Source: a virus. From it: a stretch of DNA of 56,208 nt. The position numbers and the translations under genes are program-made. Shown here piece after piece: positions 16,868 through 25,525 of the stretch (its first letter is position 1; every line of letters starts with the position of its first letter). Below the pieces are notes generated by a model. That model saw nothing but the letters and a program-made list of their open reading frames with translations. It searched no databases and was not told where the DNA came from. Location of the stretch: positions 1 to 56,208 of the IMG/VR virus record IMGVR_UViG_3300045988_011651. The stretch is one strand, 5' to 3'.

Positions 16868-16904
16868 AAGCCAAGGGTTTGCGCATTGCCCTTGGCTTAT
16901 TTTT
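16868..16904. terminator. terminator shared by convergent transcripts
   Basis: AAGCCAAGGG-N11-CCCTTGGCTT followed by ATTTTTATTT. It lies between the + micro-gene and the 3' end of the minus-strand repressor. Confidence 0.7.
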
Positions 16905-17274
16905 ATTTCTTCTTTGAAATCATATCAACAAATTCTTCTAGTTTATCCCAGCCATCTTTATCTAGCTGCGCTAGCGCAGAAATCAATTTCTTTTTAAAAT
17001 TTCCGTCTTCTGATTTCATAACATTTGCAAGCATTTTTGAAATTTGCTCATCTTTTGTTTCCGGCATAAACATTTCTCCGTTTCCGGTGCGAAGCCAATT
17101 TTCATTAACGTTGCATTTCTCACATACAAGTTTGATAAATGCATCTGATGGATTTCTTCTTCCGGATTCATAGCTAGAAATGTTTTCTTTTGATATTTCC
17201 AAGTAATTTGCAAATGTTTCCTGAGTTTTCCCATTAGGATTGCTTTTTCTTATCTCCTTTAGGCGCTCCTTCAT
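16903..17274 (-). CDS. CI-like XRE-family repressor
   Basis: In-frame ATG at 17274 behind AAAGGAGGTG. The HTH QETFANYLEISKENISSYESGRRNPS is XRE type. Divergent from the early operon. Confidence 0.8.
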   Translation of the reverse strand: MKERLKEIRKSNPNGKTQETFANYLEISKENISSYESGRRNPSDAFIKLVCEKCNVNENWLRTGNGEMFMPETKDEQISKMLANVMKSEDGNFKKKLISALAQLDKDGWDKLEEFVDMISKKK

Positions 17275-17296
17275 ATTAACACCTCCTTTCAACTTG

Positions 17297-17325
17297 ATTA
17301 TACAAGCCACAATCGCAAATGTCAA
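17297..17325 (-). promoter_or_regulatory. leftward promoter for the repressor (TTGACA-17-TATAAT on the minus strand)
   Basis: The plus strand reads attata(17297-17302)-N17-tgtcaa(17320-17325). Confidence 0.6.
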
Positions 17326-17333
17326 CGACAAAA

Positions 17334-17404
17334 TTGTACACTGTACAAAAATAACTATTGACAAAGATTGTACGGCGTACTATTATAAGAATGTACAAAG
17401 TACA
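17334..17404. promoter_or_regulatory. three operator-like palindromes TGTAC-N3-GTACA
   Basis: O1 is TTGTACAcTGTACAA (17334-17348). O2 is TGTACggcGTACT (17369-17381, inside the PR spacer). O3 is TGTACaaaGTACA (17392-17404). Confidence 0.65.
17358..17386 (+). promoter_or_regulatory. rightward early promoter (TTGACA-17-TATTAT)
   Basis: Read directly. It overlaps O2 and is followed by O3. Confidence 0.6.
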
Positions 17405-17422
17405 AAGGAAAGAGGTGAGAAC

Positions 17423-17554
17423 ATGAAGAAAATGACGTTCAGACAAAAGCGCGACTTACTCGATAAGTTTGAGCCGTTCATTATTGGAGGAGTCCAATTC
17501 ATAAGCGCATTGGCTGGAGCTGCTGTCGGAATAGCTATCTGCTACTTTTTCTAA
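17423..17554 (+). CDS. 43-aa membrane peptide, first ORF of the rightward operon
   Basis: In-frame ATG 17423 behind AGAGGTGAG. MKKMTFRQKRDLLDKFEPFIIGGVQFISALAGAAVGIAICYFF. It overlaps the 3' end of the convergent gene 17456..17845. Confidence 0.4.
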   Translation: MKKMTFRQKRDLLDKFEPFIIGGVQFISALAGAAVGIAICYFF

Positions 17555-17845
17555 ATGATATGTGGCGGTTGCCGTGATTATGGCAACGACAAATGGGATA
17601 AGGATATTTCTCAAAAATGAAAGGAAAAAGTATTCTTTATAAAATCTTCCTTTTGGAGAAACTATAAAGCTAAAATTTGACCTATCCGCAGATGTACTTA
17701 CATTTGTTACATATCCTCTATCCTGCAAATCCAAAAACGCTTGATATACATCTTCTTCATCGAATTTACCTATTTCGGAAAGTTCGATTGAAAAATTTGT
17801 TTTAGATATTTTCTTTAATATTATTCTTTCAATTTTTAGAAGCAT
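17456..17845 (-). CDS. hypothetical wHTH-like protein with C-terminal TM segment (prophage-expressed candidate)
   Basis: ATG behind AACGGAGGA. Own extended -10. TM segment ILIPFVVAIITATATY. It is embedded antisense in the early rightward operon. Confidence 0.6.
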   Translation of the reverse strand: MLLKIERIILKKISKTNFSIELSEIGKFDEEDVYQAFLDLQDRGYVTNVSTSADRSNFSFIVSPKGRFYKEYFFLSFLRNILIPFVVAIITATATYHLEKVADSYSDSSSSQCAYELDSSNNERLKLIE

Positions 17846-17869
17846 GTTAATTCCTCCGTTTTTGAAAAT

Positions 17870-17878
17870 ATTATATCA
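17870..17878 (-). promoter_or_regulatory. extended -10 (TGaTATAAT) for the minus-strand gene
   Basis: The plus strand reads attatatca. The -35 is weak. Confidence 0.4.
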
Positions 17879-17896
17879 CAGAAAGGAAGCGAAAAT

Positions 17897-18721
17897 ATGG
17901 ATAATTTAGTACACATTGGAAATGCAGATATTTCCATCAAAGAGTACAAAGGCAAGCGAGTGGTCACATTTAAGGACATTGATATGGCGCATGAAAGACC
18001 GGACGGAACAGCAAGACACAGATTCGCTGAAAACAAGAAACATTTTGTTGAGGGCGAAGATTATTTCGTTTTGAAGCCGTCAGACCTTGAAAATACTGAA
18101 TTGGACGGATTTCGTCCAGTAGGAATTGATACCGCAAGTCCAAGAGGAACAGCACTCATTACCGAGCAGGGATATCTGATGTTGGTCAAGTCATTCACGG
18201 ATGATTTGGCATGGGAAGTGCAAAGAAAATTAGTTTCTTCCTATTTTAATGTACATCAAAGTGTCAACGACCAATTATCTCCAGAATTGCAAGCATTGCA
18301 AGGACTTCTTAATCAGATGGTTCAAAAAGAACTTGCTGACAAGGAGAGAGACAGACAGATTGCCAAGGCACAGGACGCAGCGCAGAAAGCCATTGAGACA
18401 ACTGAACATATCAAAGAAGCGGTGAAGCCGGTATTTGATAATTGGAGAAATGAAATCAATGCCAAGTTTAACCGGATTCAGAGAAATGCAGATTGTCAAT
18501 TCAATGTATTGAGGACTGAAATGTATTCAGAACTTGAACACCGTGCCGGATGTGATTTGAGCAGAAGAATCAGAAACAGGCGTGAGCGTATGGCAGAAAG
18601 CGGATGCACGAAAACAGAAATCAGTGCATTGAACAAAATGGACATTATTGAGGATGATAAGAAATTGCGTGAAATCTTTTCGAAAATCGTAGCAGAGTAC
18701 GAAATCAGATATTGCGCATGA
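17897..18721 (+). CDS. ORF6N/KilA-N-type antirepressor or regulatory protein
   Basis: EYKGKRVVTFKDIDMAHERPDGTARHRFAENKKHFVEGEDYF...ITEQGYLMLVKSF resembles the ORF6N domain. Confidence 0.6.
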   Translation: MDNLVHIGNADISIKEYKGKRVVTFKDIDMAHERPDGTARHRFAENKKHFVEGEDYFVLKPSDLENTELDGFRPVGIDTASPRGTALITEQGYLMLVKSFTDDLAWEVQRKLVSSYFNVHQSVNDQLSPELQALQGLLNQMVQKELADKERDRQIAKAQDAAQKAIETTEHIKEAVKPVFDNWRNEINAKFNRIQRNADCQFNVLRTEMYSELEHRAGCDLSRRIRNRRERMAESGCTKTEISALNKMDIIEDDKKLREIFSKIVAEYEIRYCA

Positions 18722-18735
18722 AAGGAAGTGATTGA

Positions 18736-18897
18736 ATGAGTGAAAAAGAAAAGCGAGTTGTTGAAAAACTTCGTGATGCCATTCCGAATATGACAGATTT
18801 TCAGAAAGGATATGTTCTTGGAATGGTAGAGAGTTCTGCTTCAAAACATAGTGAGCAGGGCGAGGAAAACGAAACACATAATGGAAAGGAGAATTAA
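18736..18897 (+). CDS. 53-aa hypothetical protein (below the ORF-track cutoff)
   Basis: MSEKEKRVVEKLRDAIPNMTDFQKGYVLGMVESSA... behind AAAGGAAGTG. Confidence 0.45.
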   Translation: MSEKEKRVVEKLRDAIPNMTDFQKGYVLGMVESSASKHSEQGEENETHNGKEN

Positions 18898-18898
18898 A

Positions 18899-19174
18899 AT
18901 GAGCAATTTTGAATTTCAGAAAGTTAATTCAAGGGCAATTCGTAGCGGTGACAACTATTTGGCAAAGGTAGACTCTGCGGAAAGTTTTTCAAGCATTTTC
19001 GTTGACGAGGAAACAACATATGGAGTTTCTGTAAGAGATGCGCAGATACAGACAGGAGATTCGGCTTACACACCTGCAATGGCTTTTACATATTCCATGG
19101 AAGATGGTTCTGTGCGTTTTATAGATGTTGTTGTATGTCCGTTACTCGGAACGTTTGTTTCTGACTGGTACTAA
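18899..19174 (+). CDS. hypothetical protein
   Basis: In-frame ATG 18899 behind AAAGGAGAA. Confidence 0.55.
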   Translation: MSNFEFQKVNSRAIRSGDNYLAKVDSAESFSSIFVDEETTYGVSVRDAQIQTGDSAYTPAMAFTYSMEDGSVRFIDVVVCPLLGTFVSDWY

Positions 19175-19201
19175 ATTATAAAGTGGCAGAAAGGGGCATG
19201 A

Positions 19202-19432
19202 ATGAAAAAAGTAATCCAATTCATTATAGGTGCGGTTGCAATGGAGTATTCCTTGGTTGCCGCTTGCTATATGGATAGTGAGGGAGCGGCCGGGAATATG
19301 GCGGCTATTAAATTTGTAGCCGGTGCAGTAATTGCGGCAATCATGTACTATTGGTCGGAAGTAGACCGAAAGAGAGCTGAACTTGACAAGCGAATTAAGA
19401 GAAAACGCAGAATGAGAGAGGATGCATGGTAG
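19202..19432 (+). CDS. small membrane protein
   Basis: Two hydrophobic segments and a basic tail. RBS AAAGGGGCA. Confidence 0.55.
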   Translation: MKKVIQFIIGAVAMEYSLVAACYMDSEGAAGNMAAIKFVAGAVIAAIMYYWSEVDRKRAELDKRIKRKRRMREDAW

Positions 19433-19573
19433 GCGTTGTGTATATAAGTGGTACGAGATGTTCCACGAAAGAAAAGCGTATGCTTGCTGAACTTTTGGCA
19501 GGGAAACGAAAGAAACAGAATGATAAAGAGAATTTTGAAAAGGTTCTTGACAGAGAAATGGGAAGGAGAAGCA

Positions 19574-20158
19574 ATGGAGAACAAAATAACACTGATCGGT
19601 GATGTTGTATCAGCACCGAGGGAAAGCCATAAATCAAACGGTAAGATTTTTTATAAATTTTTCATCGGAGTTGAAAGAAAAAGCGGTGTTGCAGATATTA
19701 TTCCGGTACTGTTTGACAAAGAAATCAGCGATACAGAAATCAGCGGAACGGTATGTGTCAAGGGAAAGATAGTTACCCGGCACGTAAAAACAGGGCCAGG
19801 AGAAGCCATTCTTATGTATGTTATGGCTGATACAATCACAAAACCAGAGGATGATAGCCATTTGAATGAAGTAAGTCTTGATGGAATCATCGAGAAAAAA
19901 CAGCTTAGGGAAACGCCACTTGGTCGTAAAATCTGTGATGTGAAACTCAAAAACATAAGAGAAAATGGAAAAGAGGATTTGATTACTTGCATCGTATGGG
20001 GAAAGTGTGCAGAATATACAGACTCACTTGCTTTAGGTGATGCAGTGAGTGCATACGGCAGATTGCAGAGCCGGAGATACAAGAAAACGTGTAAAGATGG
20101 TCGCGTTGTGGAAAAAGTTACATATGAGTTATCAATAAAAGGAATCGTGGGGGTGTAG
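19574..20158 (+). CDS. OB-fold single-stranded DNA-binding protein (putative)
   Basis: In-frame ATG 19574 behind GGAAGGAGAA. NKITLIGDVV... and ...AVSAYGRLQSRRYKK are SSB-like OB-fold motifs. Confidence 0.5.
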   Translation: MENKITLIGDVVSAPRESHKSNGKIFYKFFIGVERKSGVADIIPVLFDKEISDTEISGTVCVKGKIVTRHVKTGPGEAILMYVMADTITKPEDDSHLNEVSLDGIIEKKQLRETPLGRKICDVKLKNIRENGKEDLITCIVWGKCAEYTDSLALGDAVSAYGRLQSRRYKKTCKDGRVVEKVTYELSIKGIVGV

Positions 20159-20162
20159 AATA

Positions 20163-22148
20163 ATGCGAATGATTTTAAAATCGTTACATGGTGAGAACTT
20201 CAAGGGCATCAAGAGCATTGACATTAAATTTGGGGAGAAAAAGACAAAGATTAGCGGACAGAACGCGTCCGGGAAGACAACAATTTTTGATATAGTTTCA
20301 TGGTTATTTTTTAATAAGAACAGTGCCGGCGAGGAAAAATTCAATGTCAGACCATTGGATAAGGACGGAAAGCGCATTGATAACGTGGAAATCAAGGTTG
20401 TTGGTGTTATTGATGTAGATGGTAAGGAAGTAGAACTTTCCAAGGTTCAGAAACAGAATTGGGTTAAGAAGCGCGGAACCGATACCGTTACTTTGCAGGG
20501 TAATGTCAATTCATTTGAGATTGACGGTTATCCAAAGAGTGAAGCTGAATTTAAGGCTTATATTTCCGGTTTAGCACAGAGTGAGGAAATGTTTAAGATG
20601 CTGACCAATCCGCAGTATTTTTCTTCTCTGAAATGGAAAGAACAGAGAGACATTCTGATGAAACTTGTTGCAGAGGTTTCAGATGTGGAGTTGGCAAAGA
20701 CAGATGCCAAGTATGCGCCGCTGATTGGAGAATTGGAGAAAGCACCATCTACAGACGATATTCGCGCCAAGTTTTCCAAGGCTTTGAGCGAGTGGAAGAA
20801 GAAACAGTCTGAAATCCCGGTGCGTATTGATGAAGCCGAGAAATCAAAGGTTGATGTAGATGTTGCAGAGCAGGAGTTACTAAAAGCCGATTTGGAGCGA
20901 AAGATTGAAGCCATTAAATCTTCAATGGCGAAATCTGATGTGCGGATTGATGAAATGCGCAGCGAAGAAATGCATTGTCAGTTTGAAATGTCCGCTATCG
21001 CGCAGACCATGAATAACGAACTTTCAAGCAAGAAACGTGAGATTGAAAATCACAAATATGACCACGAACGGAAGTTAGAGGATGCTCGTTCATCTATCAG
21101 AAAAGCGCAGGATTCTATTGAAAGTAATAAGAAAACAATTTCTGAACAGACTATTAAGAAAGCTGACCTTGCGAAAAAGTACAAAGAGGAAAAGGAAAAG
21201 AAGTTTGATGATTCCAAGTGGGTATTTGACGAATCTACAACGGTTTGTTCATTATGCGGACAAAGATTGCCGGAAGATAAAATAGAGTCTTTAAGAGCCG
21301 ATTTTTCGCAGAGAAAGGCAGATGCAATCGAGATATTTAATGAAGAACACGCGAAAACGCTTGCCATGATTGTTGACGATGGAAATGCGTGCGCTGAAAT
21401 GATTAAGAAGCTGACCGAAAATAACAAGAAATTGGAAAACACAATTAACACCTTGAAACTGAATGAAGCGGAAGAAATTGACATTATCAAAGGATTTGAC
21501 GAACAGATTTCTAAGATTCCGAAATGCGCTGATTATACGCAGAATGCAGAATATGCCAAGTTAAAGGCTAAACAGGACAAGTTGCTTGCTGATATTGCAG
21601 AGTTAGAATCCAAGGGTGCAGATAAGGCAGTTGAGGACGCGAAAGCTGATAAAGCAAAATTAAAGAGTCAGCTTGATGAAGTAAATAAGATTATCGCACA
21701 GGCGGCTAACAACGTTATGATTGATGACCGAATCGAAACACTTAGAGACGAACAGAAAGAAATCGGGCAGAAAGTTGCAGACCAAGAGCAGATGCTTTAC
21801 CTCTTGGAAGAGTTTATTCGTTTCAAGCTGAATAGGGTTTCTGAATCCATTAATAGTCATTTTAAGATAGTAAACTTCAAGCTCTTTGAAATGCAGTTAA
21901 ATGGGGGCATGAAAGATTGCTGTGAGTGTACTGTAAATGGCGTTCCGTATTCGACTTTGAACAGTGGTCACAGAATTGTAGCCGGACTTGATATTATCCG
22001 CTCGTTAAGCGAATTGTACGGTGTGAGCGTGCCGATTTTTGTAGATAACGCCGAATCGCTGAATGAGTTCAATGTGCCGGATATGGATGAGCAGTTAATT
22101 CTTTTGAGCGTTTCCGAGGACAAACAGTTGAAAGTTGAAGCTATGTGA
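20163..22148 (+). CDS. Rad50/SbcC-like SMC-family ATPase
   Basis: Walker A GQNASGKTT. Long coiled coil with a CxxC hook (CSLCGQ). C-terminal signature and Walker B (GHRIVAGLDIIRSL...VPIFVDNAESL). Confidence 0.75.
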   Translation: MRMILKSLHGENFKGIKSIDIKFGEKKTKISGQNASGKTTIFDIVSWLFFNKNSAGEEKFNVRPLDKDGKRIDNVEIKVVGVIDVDGKEVELSKVQKQNWVKKRGTDTVTLQGNVNSFEIDGYPKSEAEFKAYISGLAQSEEMFKMLTNPQYFSSLKWKEQRDILMKLVAEVSDVELAKTDAKYAPLIGELEKAPSTDDIRAKFSKALSEWKKKQSEIPVRIDEAEKSKVDVDVAEQELLKADLERKIEAIKSSMAKSDVRIDEMRSEEMHCQFEMSAIAQTMNNELSSKKREIENHKYDHERKLEDARSSIRKAQDSIESNKKTISEQTIKKADLAKKYKEEKEKKFDDSKWVFDESTTVCSLCGQRLPEDKIESLRADFSQRKADAIEIFNEEHAKTLAMIVDDGNACAEMIKKLTENNKKLENTINTLKLNEAEEIDIIKGFDEQISKIPKCADYTQNAEYAKLKAKQDKLLADIAELESKGADKAVEDAKADKAKLKSQLDEVNKIIAQAANNVMIDDRIETLRDEQKEIGQKVADQEQMLYLLEEFIRFKLNRVSESINSHFKIVNFKLFEMQLNGGMKDCCECTVNGVPYSTLNSGHRIVAGLDIIRSLSELYGVSVPIFVDNAESLNEFNVPDMDEQLILLSVSEDKQLKVEAM

Positions 22149-22149
22149 T

Positions 22150-22860
22150 ATGGACTATCCAATAAATGCAAAGGCAATCGAAATTATTGACAAATACATG
22201 AAAGCAGGAGAACCGCTTGACCTTGGGACTGAAAGGTTCTGCATGGGAACATTCAAAGCTATGTGCGAAGAAGTATTCCATAAGAAATGCGTTAAGCGTT
22301 TGGTGCATAGAAAGGGCGAAGAACCAATGTTTACCAAGTGGGATACGAAATACGATACATATTTTCAAGGCAACACATGGTACTCGTTTTCTTGGTTTAA
22401 TGGTAGATGCGGTTTTGGGTATCGGTACTTTTTGAGAGCTAGTTGTGAATTATATTTTGAAAAGCGCGCAAGGCAGATAATAAGCCTGTTTCTCTCGAAA
22501 AGATACACTAGCATCGAAGATGCAATACTTAAAACGGACTGTTTCTTAGAACTGTGGAATGTATTTGAAAAATGGTTCGATGATAGGAGAAATAAATTCA
22601 TGGAAAATATGAAAGCGGATATTCAAGAGATTCGGAGTATGTCAGCAAGGAAAACACCGCAGTCACATGGTGGTGTGGCTAATTTGCTTAAGGTTCTGAC
22701 AAAGACAATGGAAAAGCAAGGTTCTGATATTACAAGCATTGCAAAGGTGCAGTATGCGATATGCGTACAGGCAGGAATCTATATTCCTGACGAGTTTATC
22801 AGAGATGTTGCGGTCACATTGGATATGCCAATAGAAAATGAAGAAAGCGAGGGCGTGTAG
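22150..22860 (+). CDS. hypothetical protein
   Basis: In-frame ATG 22150, 2 nt after the upstream stop. Confidence 0.6.
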   Translation: MDYPINAKAIEIIDKYMKAGEPLDLGTERFCMGTFKAMCEEVFHKKCVKRLVHRKGEEPMFTKWDTKYDTYFQGNTWYSFSWFNGRCGFGYRYFLRASCELYFEKRARQIISLFLSKRYTSIEDAILKTDCFLELWNVFEKWFDDRRNKFMENMKADIQEIRSMSARKTPQSHGGVANLLKVLTKTMEKQGSDITSIAKVQYAICVQAGIYIPDEFIRDVAVTLDMPIENEESEGV

Positions 22861-22861
22861 A

Positions 22862-23347
22862 ATGAGTTACATTGAGATTTTTAAGTTTGATAAAAATGGA
22901 GATTCTGAAAGTTTTGGAGAGGTAAGTAACGCATGGCGTGGTTCAATGCGAGTGTGGGACATTTTAGGGAAAAAGTATTGTGGTCATGGGGCATCAATAT
23001 TTGACATGGGGCAGATGAAAGCTATTTGGAATCTTGTGGATGATAAATCTGTCACGTATGATGAAAAAATCGTCCTGTTTACCACATTCGATAAATATCT
23101 TGTTAAGAAAGAAGATATTCCCAAAGTTATTGATGCTTTCCGTAAGTTTGAGGGAAATACAAATCTTAATGAGCAGGCAGATGTACTTGAAAGTTTGTAT
23201 GAAGAACCGAATTGTATTGCGGTTGGATTTCATCAGAACAGTATAAGTTGTGAGCAGTGGTTTGATTATAACTGTATTCACGATAAAGAACACTTTTGGA
23301 TATTTGATGAACTTAAAGAAAGCGAGGATGCCGAATGTCGAGAGTAG
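22862..23347 (+). CDS. hypothetical protein
   Basis: In-frame ATG 22862, 9 nt after GAAAGCGAGG. Confidence 0.6.
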   Translation: MSYIEIFKFDKNGDSESFGEVSNAWRGSMRVWDILGKKYCGHGASIFDMGQMKAIWNLVDDKSVTYDEKIVLFTTFDKYLVKKEDIPKVIDAFRKFEGNTNLNEQADVLESLYEEPNCIAVGFHQNSISCEQWFDYNCIHDKEHFWIFDELKESEDAECRE

Positions 23348-23505
23348 GTACAAAGAACAACATCACACAGCCTGATGCACGGTGCATGTCATGCAAGCGT
23401 TGGAAGAGTGCAAGTAAGGGGTTCTGGGGAAGAGCCGGACATTGTTCTCTTCCGTATTGCGAAAAAGACGCGAGAAATAAAGGAAAGAGAGGGTTTAGAA
23501 GATGA
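23335..23505 (+). CDS. 56-aa Cys-rich (Zn-finger-like) protein, below the ORF-track cutoff
   Basis: MSRVGTKNNITQPDARCMSCKRWKSASKGFWGRAGHCSLPYCEK... The ATG is 7 nt after GAAAGCGAGG. Its stop overlaps the next ATG (ATGA). Confidence 0.45.
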   Translation: MSRVGTKNNITQPDARCMSCKRWKSASKGFWGRAGHCSLPYCEKDARNKGKRGFRR

Positions 23506-24212
23506 AACAGCAGATTACCGAGGAAATGAAAATCCAGAATGAATGGTACAAAGAAGCGAAAAAACAGACTGTGGAAACACTTCCGGAATTTGTAAGGCAT
23601 TTAACAGAAGACTATTCGCATGATTATGGAACTATTTGCCACGCAGTTGCGGCAGCAGGAATAGCAGCCATGTGCGCGGTTGACAATTCTCCGGCAGGTG
23701 GAATTACCGGATTTCAAGCTGGATGCATTATGTGGCAGGTTATTAGAGAATGGAACTTTCAGAACAATAAGACAGGGTTGAAAATTATTGATTATGACAA
23801 ACTTCTTTATCCGCAGTATAAAGCTTCTTTTATATCTATAAGCAGTAAAATTTGGGAATCTGTCAAGAAAGAAGCTCAAAACAAAATTAACCAGAATAAC
23901 GATGAAGTGGAAAAATGGAAGGTTGCTCATGATAAATGGGTTATTGATATGGAGAAGTTTAAAGTAGACGTTGTGGAATGGCAGAAACAGCATCAGGAAT
24001 ACCCGACATATGAGGACAATCCAAAATTCTATGAGCATATTGGCTTTGGAACCGAGAAGGAATGGGATGAGGAAAATAAGAAACAGGAGAGCGGATTTAT
24101 GTTTGCTCCAACGGAACCATGCAATCCAAGTGCTAGTCCAAATGTTATTACACATTGGCAATCTATTGTTAATGGAAACGTTCCATTTGGTTTGAAAATT
24201 GAGGAGGGATGA
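23502..24212 (+). CDS. hypothetical protein
   Basis: 236 aa with an RBS and translational coupling. Confidence 0.65.
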   Translation: MKQQITEEMKIQNEWYKEAKKQTVETLPEFVRHLTEDYSHDYGTICHAVAAAGIAAMCAVDNSPAGGITGFQAGCIMWQVIREWNFQNNKTGLKIIDYDKLLYPQYKASFISISSKIWESVKKEAQNKINQNNDEVEKWKVAHDKWVIDMEKFKVDVVEWQKQHQEYPTYEDNPKFYEHIGFGTEKEWDEENKKQESGFMFAPTEPCNPSASPNVITHWQSIVNGNVPFGLKIEEG

Positions 24213-24215
24213 TAA

Positions 24216-24428
24216 ATGCAGTATATCAAAGCGAAATTTCCTAACAGCACCAGAAGCTATGTGTATCGCACCGAGGATTCCGTAAAAGCTGGTGACACGG
24301 TTGTAAATGCCAAGGGCGCAAAGCTGACCGTTACGGATGAAACCGTGGATATGAAGTGGGTGGATACCTACGGTGCTGATAAGATGGCAGTTGTGAAAAA
24401 GTATGAAGAAAGCGAGGGATGTGCATAA
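24216..24428 (+). CDS. hypothetical protein
   Basis: 70 aa with RBS GAGGAGGGA. Confidence 0.6.
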   Translation: MQYIKAKFPNSTRSYVYRTEDSVKAGDTVVNAKGAKLTVTDETVDMKWVDTYGADKMAVVKKYEESEGCA

Positions 24429-24610
24429 AACTGATCAGCAATGCAAAGTTTGGAGAACCGGTGGAAAGTGGAACGATTTTCAGAACTCAAGGCCACGGAA
24501 TCGACATTTGCATACATAAAATTTGCGGTTGCGGAGATACGTGGTATCTTAATTGCAACGAATTGGGAATTGATAATCTACAGCTCAAAAGCGAAAATCT
24601 TTTCCGATGA
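24419..24610 (+). CDS. hypothetical Cys-rich protein; the frame stays coding-like past an in-frame TGA to 24712
   Basis: The ORF ends ...NLFR-TGA. The same frame continues VDEAKEILKKQLELLNERFNNFYEDNDVKILRY-TAA. The competing ORF 24441..24647 lacks an RBS. Confidence 0.4.
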   Translation: MCIKLISNAKFGEPVESGTIFRTQGHGIDICIHKICGCGDTWYLNCNELGIDNLQLKSENLFR

Positions 24611-24729
24611 GTGGATGAAGCAAAGGAAATTCTCAAGAAACAATTAGAACTTTTAAATGAGCGGTTCAATAATTTTTATGAAGATAACGATGTTAAGATT
24701 TTAAGATATTAAGAAAGTGAGGAATAATT

Positions 24730-25515
24730 ATGGCAGAGAACACAGAATTAGTAAAGGCAGAAGAAAAGACAGAGGTTGCAACACACAATAACAAGGTTAC
24801 CGATTACAGCCTTGGGATTTTTGGAACATCTGATAATTTCATTATGGCTATGCAGATGGCAAAGGCGTTAGCCGAGTCAACAATAGTTCCGCAGACGTAT
24901 CAGAAAAATCCATCTAACTGTTTGATTGCCATTGAGCAGGCGCAGAGAATGTGCATCAGCCCGCTTATGGTTATGCAGAACCTTTTTCTGATACAGGGCA
25001 AGCCAAGCTGGAGCAGTAAGTTTTTGATCGCGTCTATCAACGCCAGCAACAAATTCGACATGGAGTTGCAGTACGACGAAACCAAGGACAAGAACGGAAA
25101 ACCTTATTCTTGCACTGCGTGGACTATGAAAAATGGTCGAAGAATTGAGGGCATGGAAGTTAATATGCAGATGGCAGATGATGAAGGTTGGACGAAGAAG
25201 AACGGCAGCAAGTGGAAAACAATGCCGCAGTTAATGCTTCGTTATAGAGCAGCATCATTTTTCTCTAGCCTTAATTGCCCGGAGCTGACAATGGGACTTT
25301 ATACCAAGGAAGAAATCGAGGATGGCGATTTCAAGGAATATCCGATGGAAGATTTGCAAGAGCAAGTCAAGCGTGATATTACGGAGAACGCCAACAGTGA
25401 GCCATTTGTTACGGCGGAACCTTGTTCAACCGAAAGTGCAGCAGTTGAGCCGGAGAAAGTAGCCGGAGAAGTCGTTGAGAATGACGAGAACGTACCGGAC
25501 TTTATGAAAGATTAG
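24730..25515 (+). CDS. recT: RecT-family single-strand annealing recombinase
   Basis: NCLIAIEQAQRMCISPLMVMQNLFLIQGKPSWSSKFLIASIN... is the RecT core. Acidic C-terminal tail. Confidence 0.8.
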   Translation: MAENTELVKAEEKTEVATHNNKVTDYSLGIFGTSDNFIMAMQMAKALAESTIVPQTYQKNPSNCLIAIEQAQRMCISPLMVMQNLFLIQGKPSWSSKFLIASINASNKFDMELQYDETKDKNGKPYSCTAWTMKNGRRIEGMEVNMQMADDEGWTKKNGSKWKTMPQLMLRYRAASFFSSLNCPELTMGLYTKEEIEDGDFKEYPMEDLQEQVKRDITENANSEPFVTAEPCSTESAAVEPEKVAGEVVENDENVPDFMKD

Positions 25516-25525
25516 GGAGGTTGCC

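Noticed and set aside
16817-17173. Plus-strand 118-aa ORF.
   Set aside because: It lies entirely antisense to the XRE repressor gene, which has a perfect RBS and HTH motif. Its product is Ser/Phe-rich and low complexity.
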